Positions 20,206 to 31,752 of a stretch of 64,000 nt of DNA are shown in pieces (position 1 is the first letter of the stretch; every line of letters begins with the position of its first letter). A program made the position numbers and the translations under genes. The stretch covers positions 654,143-718,142 of the forward strand of contig OZ252016.1 in NCBI GenBank assembly GCA_965247475.1, given 5' to 3'. The notes below the pieces were generated by a model. The model made no database searches and was not told the DNA's origin. It worked only from the letters and a program-made list of their open reading frames with translations. The stretch is from Chloroflexota bacterium. Its GTDB lineage: Bacteria > Chloroflexota > UBA11872.

Positions 20206-21400
20206 GATGACCGCCGACACCGACCTCGAGCTTCAGGGCGTGCACGTGGGCTTCGAGGAGACGTTCGATGCGGCGGCCTTCGCGTTCGGTCAGCTGAGCA
20301 CCCCGGAGGATGAGGTTCCGGCGGCCTTCGACCCCGGCTCTCCGCCCCGTCGCGATGGGCGGCTGTGGGCGCTCGACGGAGTTGACCTGGCCGTGGGCGC
20401 CGGCGAGACGGTCGCGTTGCTCGGACCGTCGGGCAGCGGCAAGTCCACGCTGTTGCGCGTGGCCGCCGGGCTGATCAAGCTCGAACGCCCCAACAGCGGC
20501 CGGGTGCTCTTTCGCGGCGACGAGTGGACGCACGTCACGCCGCGGGACCGGCGCGTCGGCCTCGTCTTCCAGAACTACGCGCTCTATCCGCATATGGCAG
20601 GGCAAGGGAATCTCGGCTTCTTCTTCCGCATGCACAAGCGCGAGATGGAGATCAGCGACCGGGTCGAGGAGACCTCGCGGGTGATGGGCGTCGGATTCGA
20701 TCAGCTCCTGGACCGCAAGCCCAAGACGCTATCGGGGGGCGAGCAGCAGCGCGTCGCCGTCGGTCGAGCGCTGGTGCGCGACCCGACCATCCTGCTGTTC
20801 GACGAGCCGCTTTCGAATCTTGACGCCAAACTGCGCGTGCGCACGCGCGTCGAGATCAAGCGGCTGCTCAGCCGGTTCAAGATCACCGCGCTCTACGTCA
20901 CCCACGACCAGACCGAGGCCCAGGTGTTTGGCGACCGGATCGGGGTGATGAGGGCGGGCAAGATCGAGCAGCTCGGCACGTATCGGGAGATCTACGACAA
21001 CCCGGCCACCACCTTCGTCGCAAGCTTCGTGGGCATGCCGCCGATGAGCCTGGTGCCCGGAACCGTCCACCAGGCGTCGATTCGAATCGACGGCCACTCG
21101 CTGGACGTGAATCGAGAGCTCCTCGGCGCGCATGAAGGCAAGACCGTGCAGATCGGCCTGCGCGCGGACGCGCCCGAGCTCCTCCACGTTGACGATCCCG
21201 GCGCGATTCGCACGGAGATCGAGTACATGGAGCCCCAGGTCTCGGAAAAACGAATGCTGGTGTCGGTGAGCCTCGCCGGTGCGACCGTGATCGTGGAGCG
21301 CCCGCTCAACGAGGAATGGGACCGGAGCGCCCCCGCCTACCTGCGAATACCGGCCGATCGAACATACGTCTTCGCCGAGGATGGGCGGCGGATCGTCTGA
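20206..21400 (+). CDS. ABC transporter ATP-binding protein (MalK/UgpC-type with a C-terminal TOBE domain)
   Basis: Walker A GPSGSGKST, signature LSGGEQQRV, Walker B ILLFDEPLS. ATG at 20206; the long ORF from 19919 overlaps the preceding gene. Confidence 0.9.
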
Positions 21401-21599
21401 CGGCTGTCCTCACCCCAGGCGCGTCGCCGGGGCGCGCCCAGCCGACCCCGGGGACCGGGACGATCCGAGAGACACGCCGACCGATCACACGCGATACTTT
21501 TGAGCCTACATAACATCGGCTGAATCCGACATACACAGATTCGATCCAGCGTAATGATGCTTCAAATAAGCGACGAATCACCCTCCGCCGCGTTTTCCC

Positions 21600-21715
21600 G
21601 GCCCCTCGGTGAGTGGTAACCTTGATGGTTCAGGTCTTGTCGGCGGCGGTGGGTGCAGCCCACTTTTATTTTTCCCTAAAGTCAGTCGCCCAACCCGCGC
21701 CAGGAGGGAGCACCC
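21600..21715 (+). promoter_or_regulatory. putative promoter/leader of the nusA-infB operon inside an unusually AT-rich island (21480-21715)
   Basis: ttgtcggcggcggtgggtgcagcccacttttatttttccctaaag lies directly upstream of nusA. rimP is absent. There is an AGGAGGGAG Shine-Dalgarno before the GTG at 21716. Confidence 0.3.
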
Positions 21716-22900
21716 GTGCGCAGCGAGTTCCTCCTGGCGCTTCAGCAACTCGCCGACGAGAAGGGCATCCAAATCGATGCGGTCCTGAACTCACTGCGTA
21801 CGGCGGTCGCTACCGCGTTCCACGATATGGGCACCGAGTACGACGATATCGACGTGGAGATCAGCGTCGAGACCGGTGAGGCCACGATCTACGCCAACAA
21901 GACCGTGGTCGAGGATGTCACGGACCCGGTGCACGAGATCTCGCTCGAGGAGTCCCGTGGGTACGACGAGGAAGTCGAGCTTGGCGAGGTCTTCCAGATT
22001 GAGATAACGCCGCCCAACTTCGGCCGCATCGGGGTGCAGAATGCTCGCTACGTGATGCAGCAGGCGATCCGCGACGCCGAGCGCATGGAGATCTACCAGC
22101 AGTTCATCGAGCACCAGGGCGAGATTCTCGTTGGGCGCGTGAGCCGTGTGGAGAACCGCGGCGTGTATGTCGAGCTGGGTCGCGCGGAGTCGATCTTGCT
22201 CGGAGCGGACCAGATCCCCAGCGAGTACTACCGCGTCGGGCAGCGGCTCCGCGTCCTGCTGCTGGAAGTCAGCGACGGCGGCCGCGGGGCTCAGCTCAGG
22301 GTCTCGCGCAGCCACCCCGACTTCGTCCGCCGACTCTTCGAGCGGGAGGTCCCCGAGATCCAGAATGGGATCGTCGAGATCATGGGGATTGCGCGCGACG
22401 CCGGCGTGCGGACCAAGGTCGCCGTCCGCTCGCTGCAGGAGGCGCTTGACCCGGTCGGGTCCTGCGTGGGAATGCGCGGGACACGCATTCAGAACATCCT
22501 CCGCGAGCTGGGCCAGGAGAAGGTCGAGATCATCCAGTGGGCGGCCGAGCCAAGCGCCTACGTGGCGAACTCATTGAGCCCGGCTCGCGTCAGAAACGTT
22601 CATATCGATCTGCCCAACAGGGTCGCCGACGTGTTCGTGGGCAGCGACATGGTGTCGCTGGCCATCGGGCGCGAGGGTCAGAATTCGCGCCTCGCCGCGC
22701 GTCTGACCGGATTCAGAATCAACATTCGGGATGCGTCGGAGCCGTCCGAGACGCGTGATGTCGCGGAGCCGGACGACGGTGTCGCCGCGGATGAAACCGC
22801 GGAGGACGCCGAGCCGGCGGCCGAGTTGGCCTCCGACGAGCTCGTGTCGGCGCAGACCATGGGCGCGGCGCCGGATTCGCCGCGAGCGCCGGAGGGCTAG
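21716..22900 (+). CDS. nusA: transcription termination/antitermination factor NusA
   Basis: NusA N-terminal, S1 and KH domains (...GRVSRVENRGVYVELG...). GTG start. Confidence 0.95.
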   Translation: MRSEFLLALQQLADEKGIQIDAVLNSLRTAVATAFHDMGTEYDDIDVEISVETGEATIYANKTVVEDVTDPVHEISLEESRGYDEEVELGEVFQIEITPPNFGRIGVQNARYVMQQAIRDAERMEIYQQFIEHQGEILVGRVSRVENRGVYVELGRAESILLGADQIPSEYYRVGQRLRVLLLEVSDGGRGAQLRVSRSHPDFVRRLFEREVPEIQNGIVEIMGIARDAGVRTKVAVRSLQEALDPVGSCVGMRGTRIQNILRELGQEKVEIIQWAAEPSAYVANSLSPARVRNVHIDLPNRVADVFVGSDMVSLAIGREGQNSRLAARLTGFRINIRDASEPSETRDVAEPDDGVAADETAEDAEPAAELASDELVSAQTMGAAPDSPRAPEG

Positions 22901-22902
22901 GA

Positions 22903-23211
22903 ATCCCGCGTCACCAACCGCAGCGCACCTGCGTCGCGTGCCGCACCACACGCGCGAAAAGCGGCCTGATTCGAATTGTGCGCACCCCCGAGGGCAGCGT
23001 GGACCTCGACCCCTCGGGTCGCCAGAACGGCCGCGGGGCGTACGTGTGCGAGGATCGCCGCTGCTGGCACCAGGCGGTCAAAGGCGGCATCCTAGCGCGG
23101 CAGCTGCGGATATCGCCCGGCGCGCCTTCGTTGGACGCGCTGGCGAGCCGCTTCGCCGACTTGTCGAACGCCCAACGTCGGGCCGATTCGATCCGGAAGG
23201 AATCTAGCTAG
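22903..23211 (+). CDS. ylxR: YlxR/DUF448-family RNA-binding protein (nusA-infB operon); likely non-canonical start
   Basis: Frame encodes [24 protein letters not shown]...GRGAYVC, matching the B. subtilis YlxR RKCVVTGE...LIRVVR...GRGAYL. The first canonical start is GTG at 22978, after the conserved N-terminus. ATC at 22903 lies 6 nt after GGAGGG. Confidence 0.75.
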   Translation: MPRHQPQRTCVACRTTRAKSGLIRIVRTPEGSVDLDPSGRQNGRGAYVCEDRRCWHQAVKGGILARQLRISPGAPSLDALASRFADLSNAQRRADSIRKESS

Positions 23212-23212
23212 C

Positions 23213-25087
<1,875 letters not shown>

Positions 25088-25104
25088 GCGGGGGGGGCGG
25101 CGAT

Positions 25105-25479
25105 ATGGCTTCGCGCAGGCTCCAGCGCGTCGGTGCGCAAGTCGCCCGTGAGGTCGGCGCGCTCATCGAGCGCGAGCTCGCCGACCCGGATCTGGATTAC
25201 GTCACGGTGCACAGCGCCGCCGTCACCCGAGATCTCGGCGTTGCCACCATCCTGGTCGGAGTGATCGGGGATGCCGATCAGGCACGCGCATCGATCGAGG
25301 CCCTCGAGCGCGCCCGCCGCGTGATCCGCCGAGAGCTCGCGCGCCGGCTTCGCCTCCGGGTGACGCCCGAGCTGCGGTTTCAACTCGACCCCGACATGGT
25401 CACTGAGGAGTACCTGCGCCAGACCCTCGACACTCGCGCCGACGAGCCCGGCGCGGTGCCCGACCGGCGCGATGCGTGA
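25105..25479 (+). CDS. rbfA: ribosome-binding factor A
   Basis: RbfA fold sequence and the conserved operon position after infB. Confidence 0.9.
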   Translation: MASRRLQRVGAQVAREVGALIERELADPDLDYVTVHSAAVTRDLGVATILVGVIGDADQARASIEALERARRVIRRELARRLRLRVTPELRFQLDPDMVTEEYLRQTLDTRADEPGAVPDRRDA

Positions 25480-26440
25480 GGCCTCGCAGGTCGCACGCGT
25501 AGGGTCGGGCTTCTTGAACGCCTTCAAGCCGGTCGGTGCCAGCTCCACCCGCGTGGTCGCGGCCGTGCGACGCGCCACGGGTGTGCGTCGGGTCGGGCAC
25601 TGCGGAACATTGGACCCGCTCGCGCAGGGCGTGCTTCCGATCGCCGTCGGCCGCGCGACCCGGCTCAGCGCGGACATCGTGCGGATGCCCAAAACCTATC
25701 TCGCCTGCGTGCTGTTCGGCGTTCGCACCGACTCCGACGACCTCGAAGGCGCGCCGATCGGCCCGTTCCGGCCCTCCCCCGATCTCGATGACGTCAGACG
25801 CGCGATTGGTGCGTTTCGGGGCCGCATCCGGCAGCGGCCGCCGGCGCGCTCGGCCGTCCACGTGGATGGCCAGCGCGCATACGCGCGCGCCCGCGCGGGT
25901 GAAGCTGTGGATGTCCCGGTCCGCGAGGTCACCGTGTACCGGGCCGAGGTGATCAGCCACGATCGAATCAAGGTGGGGTGTGAGGGCGCCCGGCTCGTGA
26001 TCGACGACGCGCCCGACCGCGCCGCGTCGCTGGTCGTCGGCATTCGGATCGAGTGTTCCAGCGGCACCTATATCCGCAGCATTGCCCGCGATCTGGGGGA
26101 GGCTGTCGGCTCCGGCGCTATGCTCATTGGCCTGCTGCGCGCCGCCGTCGGCCCGTTCACCCTGGCCAACGCGTCCGAGGTTTGGCAGATCGACACGGCC
26201 GCCCTTCACGGATACCTCGATCGCCTGCTGTTCCCGCCCGATGCGGCCGTCGAGGCCCTGCCCGCGCACATCGCCGGCGATCAATTGCGATTGGATCTGA
26301 TCCACGGTCGACCCGCCCCCGCGCCCGCCGGGCGGGTCGGGCCGCACCGCCTCTATGACGCGGACGGTGAGTTCATTGGCGTCGCGCGCGCGGAGGACGG
26401 GCGGTGGCAGGCAAGCCGCGTCTTCGCACATGACGCATGA
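25472..26440 (+). CDS. truB: tRNA pseudouridine(55) synthase TruB
   Basis: GFLNAFKPVGASST...GHCGTLDPLAQGVLPIAVGRATR, with the catalytic Asp motif. Confidence 0.9.
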   Translation: MREASQVARVGSGFLNAFKPVGASSTRVVAAVRRATGVRRVGHCGTLDPLAQGVLPIAVGRATRLSADIVRMPKTYLACVLFGVRTDSDDLEGAPIGPFRPSPDLDDVRRAIGAFRGRIRQRPPARSAVHVDGQRAYARARAGEAVDVPVREVTVYRAEVISHDRIKVGCEGARLVIDDAPDRAASLVVGIRIECSSGTYIRSIARDLGEAVGSGAMLIGLLRAAVGPFTLANASEVWQIDTAALHGYLDRLLFPPDAAVEALPAHIAGDQLRLDLIHGRPAPAPAGRVGPHRLYDADGEFIGVARAEDGRWQASRVFAHDA

Positions 26441-27432
26441 GCCTCCCCACGGCCATCGGCGCAACATCCATTCATCCCGACCCTGACGCCTATGAGGCCG
26501 ATGCGCCCGCGGCCGTCACCCTCGGGCGATTCGACGGCGTGCATATGGGACACCAGGCCCTCCTTCGGGCCACGGCGGAGAGCGCGGCGCGTCTGCCGCG
26601 CGGCCGTGCCCTGGCAGTCACGTTCTGGCCGCCGCCCGAGCAGGTGCTGAGGCCCCAGACTCCGCTCCGGTTGCTGACGACCCTGTCCGATCGGCTTGCA
26701 TTGCTGGCCGAGGCCGGCGTCTCCGATGTGATTGTCTGGCCGTTCGATCGCGAGCTGGCCGCGCTCACGCCCGCGGAGTTCGTGGAACGCCTGGCCGCGG
26801 TGCTGGACATGCGGATTCTGGTCACGGGCCCCAACGCGCGGATCGGCAAGGATCGCGCGGGTACGCCGGACGTCATCGGGCGGATTGCGTGCGAGATCGG
26901 CATCGAATATCGGCAGATCGAGTGGCACCAGGCCCCCGAGTCGATCGCCAGCTCATCGATCCGCGACGCGCTCGCGCGGGGCCATATCGAGTCCGCCAAT
27001 CGCGCGCTGGGGCGGTGGTTCAGCCTTGCCGGCCGGGTGGTCGGCGGCGACGCGCGGGGACGTGAGCTCGGATACCCGACCGTCAACCTCGAGCTCCCCG
27101 CGTCACAGTTGCTGCCGGGCGATGGCGTGTACGCGGGCGTGGTGGCGCCGTCGCCGGCGACGGCGCGCCGTGGTTGGTGGCCGGCCGTCGCCAACATCGG
27201 CGTGCGCCCGACGTTCGGCGCGGGCGAACGGCTCGTCGAGGCGCACCTGCTCGATTTCGACGGCGATCTCTACGACCGGTCCGTGCGCCTCTTCTTCCAG
27301 CGGCGGCTGCGCGCCGAGCTCACGTTCGAATCCGTCTCCGAGCTGGTGGACGCCATCGGCCGGGACGTCGAGGCGGCGCGCGCGCTGCCCGATCCACCGG
27401 CCGGTGTGCTGCGACCGTTCGTGCGCTCCTGA
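26437..27432 (+). CDS. ribF: bifunctional riboflavin kinase / FAD synthetase
   Basis: GRFDGVHMGHQAL (FAD synthetase) plus a C-terminal riboflavin kinase domain. ATGA overlap with truB. Confidence 0.9.
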   Translation: MSLPTAIGATSIHPDPDAYEADAPAAVTLGRFDGVHMGHQALLRATAESAARLPRGRALAVTFWPPPEQVLRPQTPLRLLTTLSDRLALLAEAGVSDVIVWPFDRELAALTPAEFVERLAAVLDMRILVTGPNARIGKDRAGTPDVIGRIACEIGIEYRQIEWHQAPESIASSSIRDALARGHIESANRALGRWFSLAGRVVGGDARGRELGYPTVNLELPASQLLPGDGVYAGVVAPSPATARRGWWPAVANIGVRPTFGAGERLVEAHLLDFDGDLYDRSVRLFFQRRLRAELTFESVSELVDAIGRDVEAARALPDPPAGVLRPFVRS

Positions 27433-27663
27433 CGACGGCTCGCTGGCGCGCGGGTCGGACTTCTCATGCCCGGGGCGTGCCTGGCGCCGTCGCTGACGGC
27501 GTGAATCTCGACATCATCCGCATCGATGATGGGTCGGACCTCGTTCCGACCGGAATCGTGGCTGTGCCAACATACGTGCCGCAGGGCCGCGCCATCGGTC
27601 GCGGCGACCCCGAGCAAGAGCGGCTCTAAGAGGAGCCGGGCTCAGGCCGAGGAGGCGCGGGCG

Positions 27664-28395
27664 ATGAGTCGGCGAATGGCCTCGAATCGAATCGGCCCGG
27701 CGCCGAGTCCGTCCCGCATGGACTCCACGGAACAGAAGCGACGCTACTCCTCGACAGTTGACATCTTTCGTGATCTCGATGAGCGGCAGATCGCTGAGGT
27801 CGAACGCACCACGCGGATGTCGACGGTGGCCGCCGGGCAGCTGGTGTTCGAGCCTGATGAGACCCCCGAGGCGCTGTTTCTCCTCAAGTCAGGCAGGGTC
27901 CAGATCTATCGCATCTCGCCCGAGGGCAAACGCTTCGTCGTTCTGAACATCGAGCCCGGGACGTTCTTTGGTGAGATGGCGCTGGTCGGTCAGTCGATGT
28001 ACGACTCGTTCGCGCAGACGCTCGAGGATTCCACCGTCTGCGTCATGAGCCGGCCCGACGTCGAGCGACTGATTGGTCGGTTCCCGATGATCGGCGTTCG
28101 CATCATGCAGGCGCTCGCCGCTCGCCTCAGCGAGGCCGAGATGCAACTGGAAGATCTCGCGCTCAAATCGTTGGCGTCCCGTTTGGCGACGCTGATCCTG
28201 CGCATGACGTCCGACGGCGGCGATCAGATGGTGGGTCTGACCCATAGCGACCTTGCCGAGCGGGTCGGCACGTCGCGCGAGACCGCGACCCAGGCGCTGA
28301 ACGAGCTCAAGTCCGGCGGTCTGATCGGCATCGGCCGCAAGCGGATCGAGGTATTGGATCGCGAGGGCCTCGAAGCTATCGCGGAGGCCTACTAG
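27664..28395 (+). CDS. Crp/Fnr-family transcriptional regulator
   Basis: cNMP-binding domain (FLLKSGRVQIYRISPEGKRFVVLNIEPGTFFGEMAL) plus a C-terminal HTH. Start chosen at the internal ATG. Confidence 0.75.
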   Translation: MSRRMASNRIGPAPSPSRMDSTEQKRRYSSTVDIFRDLDERQIAEVERTTRMSTVAAGQLVFEPDETPEALFLLKSGRVQIYRISPEGKRFVVLNIEPGTFFGEMALVGQSMYDSFAQTLEDSTVCVMSRPDVERLIGRFPMIGVRIMQALAARLSEAEMQLEDLALKSLASRLATLILRMTSDGGDQMVGLTHSDLAERVGTSRETATQALNELKSGGLIGIGRKRIEVLDREGLEAIAEAY

Positions 28396-28407
28396 CCGCC
28401 CTTCCGT

Positions 28408-29466
28408 CTAGGGCGTGAAGTCGATCTCCCGCGTGACTCGCTCCGCGAAGCGCGCCAGCAGCGTCGCCGCCCGGTCGCCATCGGCCAGGTCGATGACTTC
28501 CGACGGCGTGTGCATGTAGCGCAGCGGCACGCCCACCAGCCCGGTGGCGACGCCGGCGCGCGCGAGTTGCATCGCGTTCGCGTCGGTACCGGTCCCGCTA
28601 GGCGCGGCCTCGATTTGCACGTCCATCTCCAGCTCCTCGGCCGTTTCGAACAACAACCGCTCGACCACCGGATTGACGTTGGCGCCGCGGGTGATCGTCG
28701 GGCCGCCGCCGAGCTTCACGTCGCCGGCCATTTTCTTGCTGACGCCCGGCGAGTCGGTCGCGTGTGTCACGTCCACCGCAACGCCAACCAGCGGGTCCAG
28801 CCCGAACGCGCTGGTAGTCGCGCCGCGCAGGCCGATCTCCTCCTGCACGGTGGCAACCGCGTGCACCGATCCCTGCAGCTTGTCGGCGTCGATCCGGCGC
28901 AGCGCCTCCGCCACGACCCATGCGCCGATCTTGTTGTCGAGCGCGCGCGAGGCAACCAGGCCGCCCTGGAGGTCTTGGAGACCGATGTCGTACGTGACGG
29001 GATCGCCGACGCGCACCTGCTCGTCGGCGGCGGCCTTGTCCTTGGCGCCGATATCGATCCACACGTCCTCGATCTTGATCGGCTTTCCTCGCTCGGACCG
29101 GGGCGTCAGGTGCACGGCCCTTCGCCCGGTCACGCCGCGGATTGGCCCCCGCGCCGCGTGCACCACGACCCGCCGTCCGGGGACGAGCGACGCGTCGTGG
29201 CCGCCGACGGTGTTGAAGTAGATGAACCCGTCATCCGTGATGTAGTTCACCTGAAACCCGAGCTCGTCACAGTGGCCTGCGAACATCACCCGCGGCGCTC
29301 CGCCCTCATTTCGGGTCGCGATGACGTTCCCGTGCAGATCGGTTCGGACGGCGTCGGCGAACGTCTCCGCGTATCCGCGCCACACGTCGCGCGCCGCCTG
29401 CTCGTATCCCGACGGGCTGGGGGCGTCGATCAGTGATTCGAGAAAGGCGCGTCGCTCGTCGTCCAT
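28408..29466 (-). CDS. M42-family metallo-aminopeptidase (FrvX/glutamyl aminopeptidase-like)
   Basis: M42 motifs HCDELGFQV, DNKIGAWVVAEAL, VQEEIGLRGA. Start at MDDERRAF. Confidence 0.85.
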   Translation of the reverse strand: MDDERRAFLESLIDAPSPSGYEQAARDVWRGYAETFADAVRTDLHGNVIATRNEGGAPRVMFAGHCDELGFQVNYITDDGFIYFNTVGGHDASLVPGRRVVVHAARGPIRGVTGRRAVHLTPRSERGKPIKIEDVWIDIGAKDKAAADEQVRVGDPVTYDIGLQDLQGGLVASRALDNKIGAWVVAEALRRIDADKLQGSVHAVATVQEEIGLRGATTSAFGLDPLVGVAVDVTHATDSPGVSKKMAGDVKLGGGPTITRGANVNPVVERLLFETAEELEMDVQIEAAPSGTGTDANAMQLARAGVATGLVGVPLRYMHTPSEVIDLADGDRAATLLARFAERVTREIDFTP

Positions 29467-29500
29467 GTGATCGGGGCCGCTGCCTCCGCCGTTCCTGACG

Positions 29501-31570
29501 CTACCGCTGCTCGCGGCGCCGCGCCGCCTCGGCAACCAGCTTGGCTTGAATGTTCGCGGGCGCTTCTTGATAGCGCACGAATTCGCGCGTGAACGTTCCC
29601 CGGCCTTGCGTGACGGACCGCAGGTCCGTGGCGTATCGCTGCACCTCGGATTCCGGCACTTCCACCTGCACCGTGGTGTAGCCGTTCTCCGCCGCGGGCG
29701 TCATGCCAAGTACGTGACCCCGCCGGGCGCTGATGTCGCCGATGATGTCGCCGGTGTTCGTGTCGGGAATCTCTATCTCGAGCTTGAGGATCGGTTCGAG
29801 GACCACCGGACCGGCCCGCGGATAGCCATCCTGGTACGCAAGCCGCGCGGCGGCTCGGAACGATTCGTCGGACGAGTCCACCGTGTGGAACTGGCCGTCG
29901 AACAGCGCGGCCTTGATGTCCACCACCTGATAGTCGCAGAGCGCTCCGTGCTCCAGCGTGTCGACCAGTCCCTTTTCGACCGCCGCGATGTACTGCCGGG
30001 GCACGCGACCGCCGGTGATTCGGTTCTCGAACTCGAATCCCGCGCCGCGTGCCAGCGGTGAGAACTCGATGCGCACGTCGCCGAACTGGCCGTGGCCGCC
30101 GCTCTGCCGTTTGTGCCGGCCGTGGGCGTTGATCGTCTTCTGAATCGTCTCGCGATAGGCAACTTGCGGAACGTCGGATGTCAGATTCACCCCGAACTTC
30201 CGACGCACGCGCTCGAGGCTGATCTGGACGTGCGACTCTCCAAGACCCGCGAGAATCGTCTCGGCCGTGCTGTCGCTCCGATGCACGTGGAGCGTCGGAT
30301 CTTCTTCCGCGATGCGCGCCAGCGCCGAGCTCATCTTGTCGAGATCGGCGCTCGTCTCGGGCGAGATCGCCGCCTCGAAGAGGGGTGCCGGCATTTGGAA
30401 TCGAGGGAGCGCCGCCGCGTCCGCGGACCCGGCCAGCGTGTCGCCCGTTGCCACGCCGTCCAGCTTGGTCACAAACGCAATCTCGCCGGCCACCACCTTG
30501 GGCGCGGGCTCACCGTCCTTCCCGACCCGGAAATGCACATTCGATACCCGCTCGCTGTTGCCCGACGCGAGGTCGGTCAGATGCGCGTCGCCGGTGATCG
30601 TCCCCGCATACACGCGGAACATCGAGATCTTGCCCACGAATTGGTCCGCGAGCGTCTTGAACACCTGTGCTACGACCTCTCCGTCTGGCGAGACCTCGAG
30701 CGCGGCGCCGTTTGCGGCCGTCGGCGCCGGCGCTTCCGCCGGTGACGGCAGCGCGGTCACGATCGCGTCCAGCAGCTCGCGCGCGCCGTACAGCTCGGTC
30801 GCGGCGGTGAAGACGACCGGGTAGATCTCACCCGCTGTGACGCCCGCCCGCAGCGCGGTCTCCAGATCGCCGCGCCCGAGCTCGTCGCCTTCCAAGTATT
30901 TCTCGAGCAGCGCGTCGTCGGTGGCCGCCACGGCGTCCACCAGTTGCTCACGCGCCGACTCCACGTCGGCCGCGAGATCCTCGGGTAGCTCGGCGTCCGT
31001 CGACTCGCCCTCGCCGAACATCCAGGCGCGGCCGTCGAGCAGGTCGACCACGCCCTTGAAGTCAGGCCCGTCGCCGATCGGCACCTGAATTGGCGCAACC
31101 GCGTTTCCGAACGCCGTCTGCAGACCGTCGAGCACATCGCGCCAGGAGACGTTCTCGCGGTCCATTCGATTCACGACCAGGAGGCGCGGTCGCTCCAGCC
31201 GATCGGCGAGCTTCCACACGATCTCCGTCCCGACCTCCACCCCCGCCGTCGCGTCCACCAACACGATCGCCGTGTCGGCCGCGTGAAGCCCGGATACGAC
31301 CTCGCCCACGAAATCCGCATATCCGGGGGTGTCGATCACGTTGATCTTGTGCTTCTTCCACTCGCACGGGACCACCGCGACGTTGATCGACATGCCGCGC
31401 TCCGCCTCGTCAGGGTCGTAGTCGGAGACGGTGGTCCCATCCTCCACTCTGCCCAGGCGGCTCGCTTTGCCCGTGGTGAAGTACAGCGCCTCGGTCAGCG
31501 ACGTCTTGCCCGCGCCGCCGTGGGCCACCAACGCCACATTGCGGATGCGATCCGTGCTGTACTGGTCCAT
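29501..31570 (-). CDS. elongation factor G paralog (EF-G-like translational GTPase)
   Basis: G1 AHGGAGKTS, DTPGYADF, NRMD, and domains II-V collinear with EF-G. ATG at 31568-31570. Confidence 0.9.
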   Translation of the reverse strand: MDQYSTDRIRNVALVAHGGAGKTSLTEALYFTTGKASRLGRVEDGTTVSDYDPDEAERGMSINVAVVPCEWKKHKINVIDTPGYADFVGEVVSGLHAADTAIVLVDATAGVEVGTEIVWKLADRLERPRLLVVNRMDRENVSWRDVLDGLQTAFGNAVAPIQVPIGDGPDFKGVVDLLDGRAWMFGEGESTDAELPEDLAADVESAREQLVDAVAATDDALLEKYLEGDELGRGDLETALRAGVTAGEIYPVVFTAATELYGARELLDAIVTALPSPAEAPAPTAANGAALEVSPDGEVVAQVFKTLADQFVGKISMFRVYAGTITGDAHLTDLASGNSERVSNVHFRVGKDGEPAPKVVAGEIAFVTKLDGVATGDTLAGSADAAALPRFQMPAPLFEAAISPETSADLDKMSSALARIAEEDPTLHVHRSDSTAETILAGLGESHVQISLERVRRKFGVNLTSDVPQVAYRETIQKTINAHGRHKRQSGGHGQFGDVRIEFSPLARGAGFEFENRITGGRVPRQYIAAVEKGLVDTLEHGALCDYQVVDIKAALFDGQFHTVDSSDESFRAAARLAYQDGYPRAGPVVLEPILKLEIEIPDTNTGDIIGDISARRGHVLGMTPAAENGYTTVQVEVPESEVQRYATDLRSVTQGRGTFTREFVRYQEAPANIQAKLVAEAARRREQR

Positions 31571-31752
31571 CGCCACGGGTCCCTTGCCGGCCGGTCGCGG
31601 CACAAGTGGGGCGGCGCGCCCCGCGGCACATCGGGCGCGTCGATCAGGGGCGCACATTATATCGAGGGCCATTCGCATGGCGCGCACCGGCCGTCCTTAC
31701 AATCGGGAACGCGCCGCAGAATTGGGTGTGGGTTCGTGAGGCGAAGCTGCAA

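Noticed and set aside
21520-21600. tRNA-like element (GATTCGATCC resembles a T-loop)
   Set aside because: No acceptor or anticodon stem complementarity could be built around it; no cloverleaf.
27433-27663. Expected rpsO (S15) after ribF
   Set aside because: No S15-like ORF in any frame. The conserved ribF-rpsO-pnp linkage is apparently broken here and a Crp-family regulator follows instead.
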